This document shows positions 25,233 through 39,294 of a DNA stretch of 64,000 nucleotides, piece after piece. The stretch is from Utricularia gibba (lineage: Eukaryota; Plantae; Magnoliophyta), in contig NEEC01000002.1 in NCBI GenBank assembly GCA_002189035.1, positions 3,472,001 through 3,536,000 of the forward strand, given 5' to 3'. Below the pieces are notes generated by a model, which saw nothing but the letters and a program-made list of their open reading frames with translations, did not search any database and was not told the DNA's origin. A program made the translations under genes and the position numbers. The stretch's first letter is position 1; every line of letters begins with the position of its first letter.

Positions 25233-27434
25233 TTCTAAGGCACCATTACTAACAATGCATAATATTATTAATATAATATTTTTACTGACCAATGTTATTT
25301 ATATTGATTTTTCATGAATTTCTTTATTTTAAATTTTTGCAATAATCCTCTCTAATGCAATTTTTATAAATTAACAATGTAATTTTCTGTATATCATATA
25401 ATTACACTCAAGACATGGAGAATTTGCTTGATTACTACAATGTGCTTTATTCATTCATAGTGTTCTAGACACGAGTAATGTGGAAAATTAGATCAAGTAA
25501 TGTTAGGGTAATATGCATAAACATAAATGTTAAGTTGTACGTATACTAAAATATTAAAAAAACTTAATATGAGGGTCATATGCAAATAATACAATCTAAC
25601 ACAGGTAATTTTTAAATTCATCATGGAATAAATGTATTTTGCTAAATAAAAAACTTATGGCAAGAACGCATCTCTAGATTATGGACATGAATATCATTTA
25701 ATTCTTCAATGATTTTATTTCTTCTTATATATCTAGAATATGATGAATGTCCATATTCTTAATTAGAAAATGGAGTTGGAGGTTTTGAAATATGAATTTA
25801 AAAGGAAAGTCTTTGAAAAGTTTCTTGAAGTACTTCAATAAGGTTTTATAGGATATTTCGCTCATTTTGAATGAGTGTATAAAGATACTAAGTATCTATC
25901 TTAATCTCTATGACTTAAGTAAAGTCCTAATCATGAATTCTTTAGAGACTTAGGTGTACCTCATTCTAATCCACGACAAGAAGATTATACTAAATGATGC
26001 TTTGATAACTGTATGAAAGTAAGAACATAAGGTAGTCATTAAAATGAGATTGATAAAAACCTTGGATGAAATAAGAGTATAAAAAAGGCATCCTTGAAGG
26101 AAAAATAAGAGAATGTATGACTTGAAGTTTGCAACATCCCAACAAAGCCATGGACATGCAAATTGTATAAGTTACATTACAATACTTCACATAATATTGA
26201 TAAATGTATGTTATTTACTATACATCCAGAGCAATTGTTGAAGTGAGAATTCATGATGGTTCCCAAAATTAGATGTGCACCATTAGGAGTATGGGCGAGG
26301 AATCAAGAACAACAAACTTTCAACATCTCTCAATCCAAAGTGTTCGTGAATGAGCGCACCACCAAGAAGAAATAATTGAAGGATAACTCTCCATCTAATG
26401 ACTCTATTGGCAAGGGAAAGGCCATGGATGGAATTCCCTACTATTAAGAGATCAATTTCATAAACATGGGTAAAGACATATGGGTTGACTCCTTTTCTCT
26501 TTCTACATAGATGCATATGACTTCTTTATTATCACATATGCTTTACTTACTTTGTGGCTATAATCCCTATTAGGTTAAATGGATATATTTATAAATGCCT
26601 TGTCAAAACATCAATTTTGAGGTCTATAAATTTGACTACATATAATTGAGCTTTAATCTCATCATCAAGATATTCCACTGAAGAGGGAATATTAAGGAGA
26701 AAATCCGTATTTAAGATAGATTATAAATTTAGGATTGATATTGAGAAAGATAACAATATACATGATGTAGTTTTAGAAAAAAATACTTTAGCTATATTTG
26801 ACAGATAATTAGTTATGATATTATTTTATTTAATATGATTGTTTGTAAAGAAATTTTAAAGTAAACTAATAATTTTATTTTAATTGAAAAATAATTTTAA
26901 ACCTTCTACATGAAACAAAATACAAGATATATTTTATATTAAATTTTCGACAAACATACTTTAGATTTAAACCCATAAAATACATTTTATTTGAAATCAT
27001 ATAACTAAAATTTTAAATAAACTACCAAATGCACCCCTTATATATAGGTCAATGAATAAAACTTTTTCTTTTCAATCTTATTCCAAACTCTACACTCTGC
27101 ATATTGATCCACTCGGGCTCATGCCCACCGTGATGGCATAGACGGGTTTTGGGCCCACATAGTGCGTATTTTGTTTTGGGCCACAAGAGGTGTATGTTAA
27201 GCTTAGCGCCCTCCAGCTCTTGTCCGTCTTCAAATCCTGCTGTTGAAGCAGCTCAACTGCGCTGGCTTCGAGCCTCGGCCCATTTTACCCAATGTTATCG
27301 TTTGGGCGTGGTGGTGATTCAATGCAGAAAGTTGCTGCAAAACCTCATCCACTCGGATGGCGGTTACATACCTGCTCGAATGGGGAGCTTCTATTCAGTG
27401 ATCTTAAAGGATTTGAGGAACTTCTAAACGGAAA

Positions 27435-30051
27435 ATGGAGGCAGGGAGGAGCGCGGTGTCTTGTTCCACCCAGTTACTTCCAAGGACGAATCTCAGAAAT
27501 TGTTCCTCCTCCTCCACTTCTTCAGGTCTTTGCTCTTTGTTGAATTCTATGGCTTATGTTGTGTTTCGTGGGCGACAGGGTTGTGCTTGCTGGATTTCGG
27601 TTTTCCTTCATGCGTTATGTTGCTTTGTCACCTCTCGGACAAAATAGCTTTGAGGATATTTGTTTCTGCTGTTTGGAGCTCGAAATCTTGATACTTGCAG
27701 AAATCATGATTATGATAATGCCTTGTTTTGCAGTTTTGCTGTTCCACGAGCAAGTTGTACCTGCTCTAGCATCCCTCTCTACCACATCTCTAGCACGGAA
27801 CTCGCCCACTTCAGTTCTTACTCGGGATCAGGGCAGCCAGAAGTCAATCTCTTGGGAGGAAGAGAGCCTGTTTCAGGTTAGATCATTCATGAGAAATGTA
27901 TTTAGCACCAATCCTCTCCGGTCACGATATTAAAACTTTGGATTCCCTGAAAGAATTGTTAGATCCAATCTTATGTATAATCAAGGTAATGCGTATAATT
28001 GATGTTTGTACTCTGTCTTCACAATTTATGCAGAGACTGGAAGTGACCTCAAAAGCAGGATCGTCTTCAAGTGATGAAACCAAATGTTTGGATTCCATTT
28101 CACCCGTGAATGATTTTCATCTTCAGTTACTACAGCAACCAGGATTTTGGTTTTTGTAAGAGTCATCAGATGATGCTAGTATTTTATCATTCATTGAACA
28201 AAAATAGTCATTGTGTATTCCATTTCAGATGGCCATCCTTGTTACAGAAGAAGGTGCAATGTGTTAAAAATGAAAAAGCAGTGGTCCTTGAAGCAGCAGA
28301 AAATGCTCTTTCACTGGCAAGAGAAGCTTTATCAGCAAGCTTAGAAGCAATGACGATTATCAAGGATGCCAAAGTTCTTGGAACTCATAGCAATGACTTG
28401 TCTTGCTCGAGGTCAGATTTTTTGAACCAGAAACTTCTCCCAAAATTCTTTGCATCGTGTCTCACTCTATACTTACAAGTGCTGCAGAGATTTAGCCAAT
28501 TTCACTGCAAAACGAACTGTGAGATCAACGCGGCTTTTGGAAAGGCAAGGAAAGAAGAGGAGAACCCCAAGACTGAAAGTGGATTTTCAGGATACCAATC
28601 ATTCGAGAAAGCCTGATATTCCTAAAAAAATGGGCGAAGCAATAAACTTGGATGATCCTTTTCGACTTTTCTTGAATGGGCCAGAAAAAACCAAACTTTT
28701 AACAGCAGACGAGGAGTCAGAGTTAATCATCAAGATCCAGGTTTGCTTCTTTCATTAACTTTTCCCTCTAGCACGGTGGTACCACCACTTGGAAACCAGC
28801 ACTTACCGTGCTGATTTAGGTGACCCATGAAATTTTAATTTTTCTGGTATAACCTTGTATAAGATCTTTTACATTGTCTAGGAATATATGAAAATACAAG
28901 AAAAGAAGAATAACCTTCAGTCTCAGTTGTCACGTGAGCCCACTGTAGCCGAATTGGCCTCAGCAGTTGGGATTAGTTGCCAAGATCTCCAGTTGCAGAC
29001 TCAAAGTTGGAAAATCAGCCGAGAGAAGCTAATTTATGCCAATTTCCGAATGGTGGTTCACATTGCTAGGCAGTACCAAGGGCGTGGGCTCAGCATTCAA
29101 GATCTCTTGCAGGTGAATTTGTTGCGGCTTGGTCATGATTGCACGTTATTCTGGAGTGACAGTCCTTCATTCTCCTTCCGATTTGTTTGAATGAAACAGA
29201 GGGAGGGCTTCAAACCACAGTTAACAAGTTCTTCTTTTGTTTGCATTAGGAGGGAAGCTTGGGGCTTATGAAGAGTGTAGAGAAATTCAAGCCTCATAGT
29301 GGTTGCAGGTTTGCCACATATGCGTACTGGTGGATCAGGCAAGCAATAAGGAAGGCTCTGTTTCAGCATTCTCGGACGATACGCTTGCCAGTACTGTCTA
29401 TCCCCTTATCATAAGTTGTTTGCTAGGCCAACGGTGTGGAAGCCTTAAATCAAACATCTTGCCAATTTGCTTCTCTAGGAAAATGTGTATGGCCTTCTGT
29501 CCAGGGTGTATGAAGCTAGAAATGCGTGTAGCAGGCAAGGTAATGTTAAACCTTCGACGGAGGAGCTTGCTTCGCATTGTGGAATTCCAGTTGGGAGACT
29601 GCAGACGTTGCTGCAGGTCTCAAGAGCACCTCTTTCATTGCAGAAGGCAGTCTATACGGACTGCGAGACTACATATCAGGTATCCCTGAACTCGATTCTT
29701 GCGCTCGAAAACGGCAGTGTGCTGCAGTCCCCTCATCCACAAACACCTTGCTCATTGCAACAGGAAATCACGGCGGACATGGCGATTGAAACACCAGATG
29801 CCGCAGTAGCCAAGTTGTTGATGAGACGGCATGCTCGTAATCTCCTCAGCTTCCTCAATCCCCGGGAGAAGCAAATAATCAGACTGCGATTCGGGATGAA
29901 TGATGGCAAACAGAGATCACTTCTGGAGATCGGAGAACAACTAGGATTGACCAAGGAGAGAATCAGACAACTAGAAGCCCGGGCGCTGTACAAGCTGAAG
30001 CAATCATTGAACAGCCAGGGACTTGCTGCTTACGCAAAGTTGCTTATGTGA
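27435..30051 (+). CDS. SIG6: Plastid RNA polymerase sigma factor SIG6 (SIGF). Exons about 27435-27525, 27734-27876, 28034-28155, 28229-28411, 28488-28740, 28882-29112, 29250-29390, 29479-29679, 29764-30051
   Basis: Sigma-70 regions: [62 protein letters not shown] and [33 protein letters not shown]- and C-termini match recalled Arabidopsis SIG6. Confidence 0.93.
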
Positions 30052-31012
30052 AAGCGGTATGTAATTTCTCCATGCAGTTGTACATGACGAAGGACAGGAG
30101 TTGGAGCAGCTTTGCCATGTAATCTTGAAAACCAAAAAACCAAAGAAAGAAAAAAACCCATACTGAATTAGGTGGGCCGTGCCAGGCCTACTCCGCCGGC
30201 AGCCGCCCAGCAAGAGGCATGGGCAAATGGTATTTTTTTTTGGTTAAGATTATTGTTTTGAGATGATTTTTCTTTTTTTACTTCAATTTCTAAGACTGTG
30301 TTTTGAATATGATATGTGATGATAGCTTCTTCATGCAAAAAAAAAAAAAAAAAAAAAAAAAGAAGATTGTTTTGAATCTGTTGAAGCTATTGGGTGAGGA
30401 TTGTATCTCACAAAATAGTAATAAGAGAAGAGGATAGAGAAATTCAAATGTGGGCCAATAAAAGTAAATCAGAGTTTGAAACTTACCATTAAATTGCTTT
30501 GGCCCCAAGTCTCCACCATACTATAAGTACAAGCATTTGACTATAATTGCAATGGTTACTTTGACATGATTAAAACATTGAATAGCAACAATATGTAAGG
30601 ATAAGAATCCAAAATTATACTTCCACAATTATACTATATTTCTTTATTTCCACAACCTTCATTGCACTAATCTTCAATTTTATGCAACTTCTTCATTTTT
30701 TACAATCTTATGAGACAAACTACTACTATATATATAAGAGTGTTTAATAATATAGTATAGAAAATTTATACCCAAGTTTACATATAGACCATTGTTTTGA
30801 TTAACTAGCATATGTATACTAGTCTTATATATCTATACTATTCACATATATCAAATTAGAAAAATACATATTTTAGAGAAAATCATTAGAAAAATACTTA
30901 AGGTTAGGAAAATATTTGTAAAATACATGTTTTGTACATACATCAGTTGTATTTATAATAATACAGATTTGTCAGCATAATTAAAATATAATTGTGTGTG
31001 TCAGGCCTATTT

Positions 31013-32380
31013 CATTTGGGGTTTTAATTATGTTTGTAAATTTTTCAATTATATATGATCCTATGGAGTGGGTTCATTGATGGTGATTCTGCAAGTGTAC
31101 AGAAATCGTCGAAGTAATAAAATGAGATCATATCCATAGGGAATTGTTATTGAAATTTTCTTTTCAAACAAGGACTCAAAAAGACCGAAAACAAAAAAAA
31201 GATTTGGTTTTAAAAACAAGAAGAAAAGTGGCATTGAACCTGGGATCCATCTTGCTCAAAACTCACCCAAACTTGTGTGTGCAAACTTTGAAGACTGACC
31301 TGCTTGCGCAAGTTCTGGGAGTGTTATTCTAAAATAGTGTTACTCGGTGACCGTTATAGCACCATCCCTCGTTTAGTGGGATTATGGAATCAACCACGCC
31401 ATCAGAGCCATTTCACCTCTTGTGATAACCCATGTTTTCCCCACACCCAAATCTAACCCCTACACCTTACACCTTGCAGATAGATTAGACAGAATGTGTC
31501 TTACCAATGATATCCGATTGAGGCCTTCTCCTTAGGTGCTTGAGGCCAACCTTTGATTCTCCCACACTCCCTTAGGGTTATATGGTACTAAAGAAAACGT
31601 TACGAAAAACAGAATCAAACCTCAATTTAAATGTCAAAAAACATAGTAAAACAGTCACACGCACAAGACTTGCGCAAGCAAGGCTTCACCGCAGATCCTC
31701 AGCTGCAAGCGCCTACACGCGCAGACTCGACTCAAACATAAAAATAGACACGAAAATAGGAAAGATTCAAAGTAAAAGTGGTCAAAGACGTCTCTAATGG
31801 TTGAGAGGGTGGAATATTTATAGGAGAGTAGATCCAAGTCTTCATATTGAGCTTATTCGATGGGCTTGGATAAGATCTTCTATCCAAATCTTTTATCCAA
31901 ATCTTCGAAGATCTTCATATTTCTATTTTATCCACGAATCTTGGACCAAATCTTCATCATTTGACCGAGTCTTGGGCTGAGATTCGTGGGCCAAGTCCAT
32001 AATTTGGTGAGTCTTGATTTCTCTTCAAATTGATCCAAAAGTACCCTAAAAATCTACAAAATACATTTTCTCTAAAAAAAGATCAAATTAGTGTGAAAGA
32101 TGCAAAATCAATTGAGAATAATGAGAAAGTGGAGTTTAAGATAAGTAAAAACAACACTCAAAAGTAGTGGAAGAATATGTTTTGGAATGGCATAAAATCA
32201 CTTATCATTCATTGTTCATTATTGGGTTTTAATTATGTTTCTAAATTTTTCAGTTATATGATCCTACAAATTGAGGTGCATAGCTCATTATTGGTTTAAT
32301 TATACTTGTAAATTTTTCAATTATATGATCTTATGAAATGAAATGCAGTGTTCATTTATTAGTTTAATTATCTTTGTATA
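31013..32380 (+). repeat. Degenerate ~65-70-bp tandem array (about 3.5 units) interrupted by a solo LTR
   Basis: Recurring TCAT(TAT)TGG(G)TTTTAATTATGTTTGTAAATTTTTCAATTATATGATCCTAT units at ~31013, ~32217, ~32285 and, partially, ~32352. Confidence 0.75.
31078..32207 (-). mobile_element. Solo LTR, 1130 bp, gypsy (Athila-like)
   Basis: TG...CA termini (TGATGGTGATT / AATCACTTATCA, imperfect inverted ends). Perfect 5-bp TSD TTCAT at 31073-31077 and 32208-32212. Confidence 0.88.
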
Positions 32381-32382
32381 TA

Positions 32383-33680
32383 TTAAGTGTCATTTTTTTA
32401 CTATCTTTTAGGTTGTTTTTATATCTAAATGTAATTAAAATTGTTTAGTTAGGAGTTTATAATATAAGATTTAGGTTTTTATCTGGATTAAAATAATTGT
32501 CCTAAATCTTGTATTTTATCTAATATTTTTACTAGTTTTGTTTAAGTTTTTTCTAGAGATGAACACGTAGTAGGAAGTGAGAGAACTGAAGCAACAAATG
32601 GTGACAAGATGGATCTTCCTGAACTGGCACTCCTTGATTTTTGGAAGATTGAAGACGATTGATGATGAGCCTTGATGTGCGGTACACGAGAGTCTCTGAC
32701 AAAATGAAATCATTACCGTACTAGTGTCAGAGCAGAATTTTTTTCGCAAGTCACTCCAATTCAGCAGAACTAGAGGAACACAAAAGCTCTGACAAAGTAG
32801 TTTAGTTTAGTTCAGTTTGAATAATTCAGTTTTCAATTCTAATTTTAGTTTAGATTTTTGTTTATCTTTCTAGAGGATTTTCCTCTAGCTTCTCTCTTGG
32901 ACCCTGTTCTTGTTTTCCTTAGTTTGTGTGGCTGTTTGCGGCTAGAAACTCCGTTTTTGGATTGGGATACTCTCAAATGTATGTTTCATTAGTTGATTTT
33001 CATTTCTTCTTTGAATCTGATCAGATTTTGTATGTCTTTGCGCGACTATGTTAGAATTTCTGTAATAATCCTCTTATTGAAGATTTATGGTTAGTTGATC
33101 ACTACCTGCGAGTTTTGAAGATAAGCAAGGTGGAAAGCACCAACTTATGCTCTTTTGACTGGAGGGAGACAATGTTTTGTCTATTTGTGGCCATACTTGA
33201 GGATTAATGGACAGATAGTAACTTCATATCTGCACTCATTGAGTCATTGGCAACACTCGGGTACATGCGTGCAATTCAACTGTGAGGGTACAATGGCAAA
33301 CCCTCTTATCTTCATGTTTGTCCAAGGAGGAGCAACATTAGGCTATTCTAATGTCTTCTTGCAAGAAAGTGTAAGGGAACGCAGACAATTCCTTACTCCT
33401 ATAACTGAGTACTCGAGAAGATCAGAGAAGAGTGAAGACATAACGAACGTAACTGGGCAGGATTACAATGCCATAAACATTTGCTTTATTAAAGGTTCAT
33501 CGTTTATTTCAGGTTGACGTTTATTTCTGCTATTTGCTTACAACCCTATTATCTCTTACTCAAGCTTCATCATTTATGTTTCTCATATCTTTTATTTTAT
33601 AAAATCGTTTACAAATCGTGATAGTTGTATTTGATGTAACTTCACTTTTCACTAAAAAAAACTCCCTGTGTTCGACACCA
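32383..33680 (+). mobile_element. Truncated LTR-like fragment
   Basis: The first ~300 bp recur inverted at 47415-47718. Ends in AAAAAACTCCCTGTGTTCGACAC, resembling the 3' ends of the other LTRs in the window. No TSD found. Confidence 0.55.
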
Positions 33681-34126
33681 TACTACACATTTATGTTTTA
33701 TGAGTTCCAAAAATCTTGAAAATTTATTGTGGATTATTAATAAATTTTTTGATTATAGGATTCTAAAGAGTGAAATTTAATATTGAGAGTTTTAATTTTT
33801 TTTTTCATAAAATAAAATGAAAATTGAATTATAAATATATTACATATAAAATTTTGGTGGTATTTTACCAATGATAAACGAAACAGTGGCATTTTGCAAA
33901 CCAAAACTAAAGACAAGATTTAATTATTTTTTTTGTCAATTTTTGAATAGTATTCGACTAAAATAGGATAATACAATCGTCACACCTATAAATATAACAA
34001 ATATATTTAGAAAACATATATTTTGCTAACATTTTTTTTACTTGAGACATTTTGCCAATTCATATTTTTTAAATATGTAATTCTCCAACCTAGCACATTG
34101 ACATAATTAGATTTTTATTTTTCGGA

Positions 34127-34276
34127 TATCAAACATTATATACAATTAAGTATATGTATACTCAATTATACTATACTCAGGCATATTAATAACCTACTAT
34201 CAAACATTATATACAATTGAGTAAATGTATACTTAATTATACTATACTAAAGTATATTAATAACCTATTATCAAAC
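34127..34276 (+). repeat. 71-bp tandem duplication ending in a Tourist-like terminus
   Basis: TATCAAAC recurs at 34127, 34198 and 34269 with near-identical intervening sequence, followed by TCAAACGACCTC-TAA. Confidence 0.7.
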
Positions 34277-34329
34277 GACCTCTAATTGTACTTCCAATTA
34301 TACCTCCTCCTTGCTCTCTTCCAGTAGTA

Positions 34330-36060
34330 ATTATGGAAAGGATACCAAGGAGTTTTGCACCTTAGTAGAAAAAAAATGAAAAACTATTTTTCAAACAATA
34401 ATCTAAAAGAATACTATGAAAAACAGCACCACTAATCATGGAAGCAAAGAGATACAATATCTACAAAATGCTTGGAAATGAGTATGTACAGCCATCGATG
34501 TTGCAATAATTGGTTAGACTTATGAAACTATTTTGGAATGCAACAATACAAGAAGGTATGGGATCAATTGGAAAAATTTATCTAGAAAATGTTCGATCTA
34601 AAGTTTCTCAAATCACTTATTAGTAGAGAGCTTTGAGAATGCTAATACTAAATCCAAGTGAAACTTTTGATTGCTTGACTAATACAATTAAAGTTACAAA
34701 TAGAAAGCTAAAATTACTTGGAGCTATAGTTGATTGATTGTCACTCACATAAAGTTACTATAAAATCATCAACAAATTGAACTACATACAAAACTCTTAG
34801 ATTTGGAAGAAATCGTATTTGATATAAGTCATTTTTTGACAAAAGAAAGCAAACAAAGAACACTTTCAAGTTACCAGCACTTCGAGCTTCCACTTCTATA
34901 TTCTCCAATGCTAATGGTGAGATTTCATTGTACTGCTATTGCGATATTTCCAATTCTCATATGTCAAACAATCATTGGAGGAATTCGTCTACCACCCACA
35001 ATCTACAATAAAAAGGGATGCTTGAAAAAAGTATGTAGGGAACATTAAAATTAATTTTTCATGAAAAGCATTATCTCAGGCTTTGGAGAATATATTCTTT
35101 CAAACTACAAATAAAAAAGAAGTTGATCAGATTTATGTTTATGTTGATATACATGGTAATTAGATAACTGTTGCACTAATCATATAACAAATGTTTCTCT
35201 ATGTTTATGAACTTTGCTCATTTTACATCTAGAAGCATTGAGGCAGCAGATAGATCACTTATATAGATACTAGAACAAGGAACTATAAAGCTAATGACTT
35301 CATCAAAAACCATTCAAATTAGAGAAGACTTCTACCTACCAATTGCATCAAACAATTTAATTAGTTTGGGTCAATTGTTAAGTAAAAAAATTAAAATGTT
35401 ATTTATTGATCTACATACAATATTTTAAATAATGTAGGACTAGAAATTCGAGGCATACCCATAATAAACAAGATATTTGTCATACATTTTTAGAGAGACA
35501 ACACTAAGGTCAATCATATATGCCTAAATCCAAAGAAAATATATTGCTTTAGCATTACCTGCATGGACACCACCATCAAATATCTCTAATGAATTCGAAA
35601 AAATCAAAATTGATAAATGGAATGGACAATCAGATTGTACCAAAGGAATGATATGAAGCATATAGGTTGGGAAAAAGAAGTTGGATATCTTCTATTTCTT
35701 TGGAAATAATTCATTGTGATGATTACAAACCTATAAGTTATGCAATCAAAAAAGGAAATCATTATTTTGTTCTCTTAATTAATGACTACTCAAAGTATGC
35801 ATGGATATATTTCATGAAAACTAGAATAGAGATGCTATCAAAGTTTCAAATATTTAATGTAATTGTTGAAAATCAAAATGGATATAAGATATACATTTAC
35901 ATAATGATAGAGAATACATACCATATGAATTGTAAAAATTATGTGAGGGGATTACACACCAATTTACTACATTGTACACTCCATAAAAGAATGACATTAG
36001 TGAAATGTATTATTGGATTGTACTAGATATGCTGAGATGTTATCCATCAGAACTATTCTT
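34330..36060 (+). mobile_element. Highly decayed Ty1/copia internal region (gag to integrase)
   Basis: Integrase-like GNHYFVLLINDYSKYAWIYFMKTRIEMLSKFQIFNVIVENQNG. Many stops. Boundaries are approximate. Confidence 0.72.
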
Positions 36061-37053
36061 GTCTCTCATCCACAAAGAAGAGGATGTTAAAATACCTTGA
36101 GGCCACGTTTGTTAGATGGGTTTAGCCCTGTAAATCGTTGGATAAAAGATGTTGTATGTGTTTGTTGTATTGGTTTAGTAAAACACAAGAGTTTCTATTA
36201 TCCCAAAATAAGCATGTCATTGATGGTTTCACAAAACCTATGCGTGAAATGGGTTTCTCAAAACCTATCTCACACAAATACAACTCTAACGATAATACCC
36301 TTTTACTCCATAAACAAATCTGCAACAGAATATGCATATTTTTTCTTCCTCTTCAACACAAATCTGTTGGGTTTTTGTAGGTACATGATGAATGAGCTCG
36401 AACTTTAATATTCCAATGAAAATCCATGCTTAAATTTAAGCCAAGGTTCTTATTTTTTGTTTTGTATATGATGGGGTCGGGTGATTTTTTTATGAATATT
36501 ACAATAGGTTGTTCTTTGCTAATTGAGGCTGTTGCAATGGTTTCAAAGGAGATTATTTTGGCTGCCCTTGCTGCACCATATTGCATTGGTCAACACCTAT
36601 GTGTTATGCAAATTATGATTGTTATAATGTTGCATTTTTGCTGTACACCAACCGATAGGAGAATTAAGTTCTCATACCGAGCGAAGATATCGCGACAAAT
36701 AGAGCATTTGACTACCTTGTTATCTGATTCAAGGAGTGCTTGTCTTGAAAACTTACGCTTAAGTGCAGATGTCTTCAACAAGTTATACTATCTTCTTCGA
36801 AGTTATGGTAGACTAACCACTTCAAGGCATGTCAATGTTCCAAAGCAGGTTGCATTGTTTTTTGGTTTTTTAGGTCATCACAAAAAAACAAGGCAACAAA
36901 AATTCGAATTCATGTGACAATGTCTAAATATTTCAATCTGGTATTGTCGGCAATGCTGTCATTGCATCCAAATTTGCTTAAGAAAGTTGTCAATTGATGT
37001 TTTTTATCCTAATTTTGGCTTCAAATTTTTCAAGGTATGCAATCAGATATTTC

Positions 37054-39294
37054 TGTGAGGTTTCTCGTAGACATTGTATATCAGAAAAGCAGCGGAATTT
37101 AAAAATTTTCAAGAAACCCCCAATGCAGATCTTAAAATACGGTATACATCAGATAAAGGGATGCTGAAAATACCTTTCAGAGGACTCCGTTTTTCACCAA
37201 CCGCCAATAGCATATGGCCTCTATGGTATCCACATGTGAAACACTTCGTCGATAACCTTCTCAAGGCCTTAGAATGTTGGTCGATCTCCTCAGGTGCTAG
37301 TAGAGAAAATTGCCCCTTGCGGATCAATCTTAGAGAGCATGAAGATTTCCAAGATTAAAGAATAATCAAGTGAATTGATTGAGCCTTTCGATGACCAACC
37401 ACCAAGAAATGAACAGCTTTCGTCACACTTATATCTTATTCGAAACCAGAACATGGGTGTGTCTTTCTGATGTATCGAACTTATAATTGCATTCAAGTAC
37501 TAACACTCAATGACTTATTCAAACAATTCGAGTGTCATTACCCTGGGCCTAGGACTTACTGTTAGGCTTTAATGCAATCAGTTGAGATATTATCTCATAG
37601 CTAACATGAATGATGAATCCTTTATTGATCAATCAACTATTTCCAACCTTAAGGAGTCCATACTAGGCAAGCCATGGTTAGGCTCCCAAGATAACTTTAT
37701 TAACCTCAAGTCTAAGCTTACTTGCATGTCTGTTATATTCGAGATCTTGGTATTGACACTTGGTTAGTTTCCCATAGTAGCATCTCGAAGATGAGGCATC
37801 CAGTGAATCGATTCTCTAATCGACACCCACAGATTAGTTCTAGTAATCTCATTACATCAATTGTGAGAACCATTGCCTAAACAATTTAGGGAACTCAATG
37901 TATACCAGCCTATCCATATTTGTGATATCCTCATTTCACAAACATTCTAGCTAGGTGATAACACATATTTTTGAATGATGGAGTACATGGAAATTACTCA
38001 TATTGTGCTACAAAAATCCAGTTTTACTACTTAGTTCCATATTTTTGCGCATAGTACCGTAGTCATGTCATTTTAGTCTTAGTTGGGACTAAATCAACCT
38101 TCTAATAGTTTTCTTTGAGAAATGTAGTGCAGGTCGCAACACAAATCCCAAGGAGCCGATATGAACAGTTTCGTGATAGAGGATGAGGCAGAAGTCTGAA
38201 AAGAAGTACACACAAAATCCAAGGAAGAAGAAAAAGGGAGATTTTGGACAAAAGGGAAAAAGATGGAGAGAGAAAACAGATCTCCCCATTAGAGACTCAC
38301 GACACATTCTTTATGGAGAAGGTTTTCTGGGAGGAAGAAGGAAGAAGACGAACAAGAACGAAGCTGAAGTTTCAAGACTATTTTCTGTTTTCAAAGAATA
38401 TTACTCTTAGCTAAGAGTAGCTAGTGACGTTTCTAGTTTTCTGTTGACATTTTACATTACTTGCTTGTTTGCTTTCTGGTATTCGACTGTGAAATGAGTA
38501 CACTGTGGATGATGTTTTCTTTTCTATTTTTGTTTACCTTAAGCATGAGTGGCTAAGCACTTAGGGGGTGCCTTGGGATGAAAGGGGGAAAAACATGCTA
38601 ACAATCTTTAGACCTAATCACTCATAAGTCACATCACTTCCTTAACGAACCAGAATAGATCTAGGAGGGGGAAATAGTGAAACCCAGCTTAACAACCCTA
38701 ATTAGAGGTAGACCAAAGATTAGGGGGAAAACAAGAGTCCGGGTAGACCTAGACCTTATGAGTTAACTGTATGATTTATGGTTTTTGTGAACTTGTTTAG
38801 TGATGAGCATACATCCCCTAGGAGTCCCAAGGCATCACCCATTTCATTCTAGAAAAAACCGAGCTCCAAAACTTATTACTTTTCTTTATTGCATTCCATC
38901 CTTAGTCCTAGTTAAGACCAATTCTACCAACGTGACATTGATTCCTTGCATTGACTTTCACATAGCAAGCACCTAGCTCCTTGTGTTCGAAGCTAGTCGA
39001 CTATGTTCATATTTTTCATATGATTTGATGTGAATTAGGTTTATAAATTTTATTTGATAAGAGAAATTTGAAAATTAACGACTTTGCACAAATTTTTCGT
39101 TTATCACTAGGGAATTTTTAACTTGAACATAAATGCTTGAGGAATCTCACATTATGATCTCATCATAATTTCTATAGCACATAGATCAAGTAGAGGATTT
39201 TATCAATGATGTAAACTTGATAACAATTCAAAGTAAACATCAAAGGATAAGATTTTCCAATGAGTTGATTGTCTCTAGAACACATACACCTACA
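37054..39294. mobile_element. Solo LTR (~1085 bp net) in the transposase intron, itself split by another solo LTR
   Basis: TGTGAGGT...CACCTACA termini. Perfect TSD ATTTC at 37049-37053 and 39295-39299. Confidence 0.8.
37956..39106 (+). mobile_element. Nested solo LTR, 1151 bp
   Basis: TGATAAC...TTTATCA termini. Perfect TSD CTAGG at 37951-37955 and 39107-39111. Both ends resemble the 61421-62565 element. Confidence 0.9.

Noticed and set aside
25400-26950. AT-rich region with faint coding-like stretches
   Set aside because: No identifiable motif in any frame. Probably an old TE relic, but it cannot be supported.
1512-30051. Apparent plastid-expression cluster (PPR, Prrn/rrn16 NUPT, SIG6)
   Set aside because: The NUPT is a decaying insertion and the genes appear to be ancestral neighbours. 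There is no evidence of functional coupling.
37582-37767. ILGKPWL motif resembling a retroviral protease end
   Set aside because: It lies within a TSD-bounded solo LTR with no catalytic DSG/DTG motif upstream, so it is probably chance.
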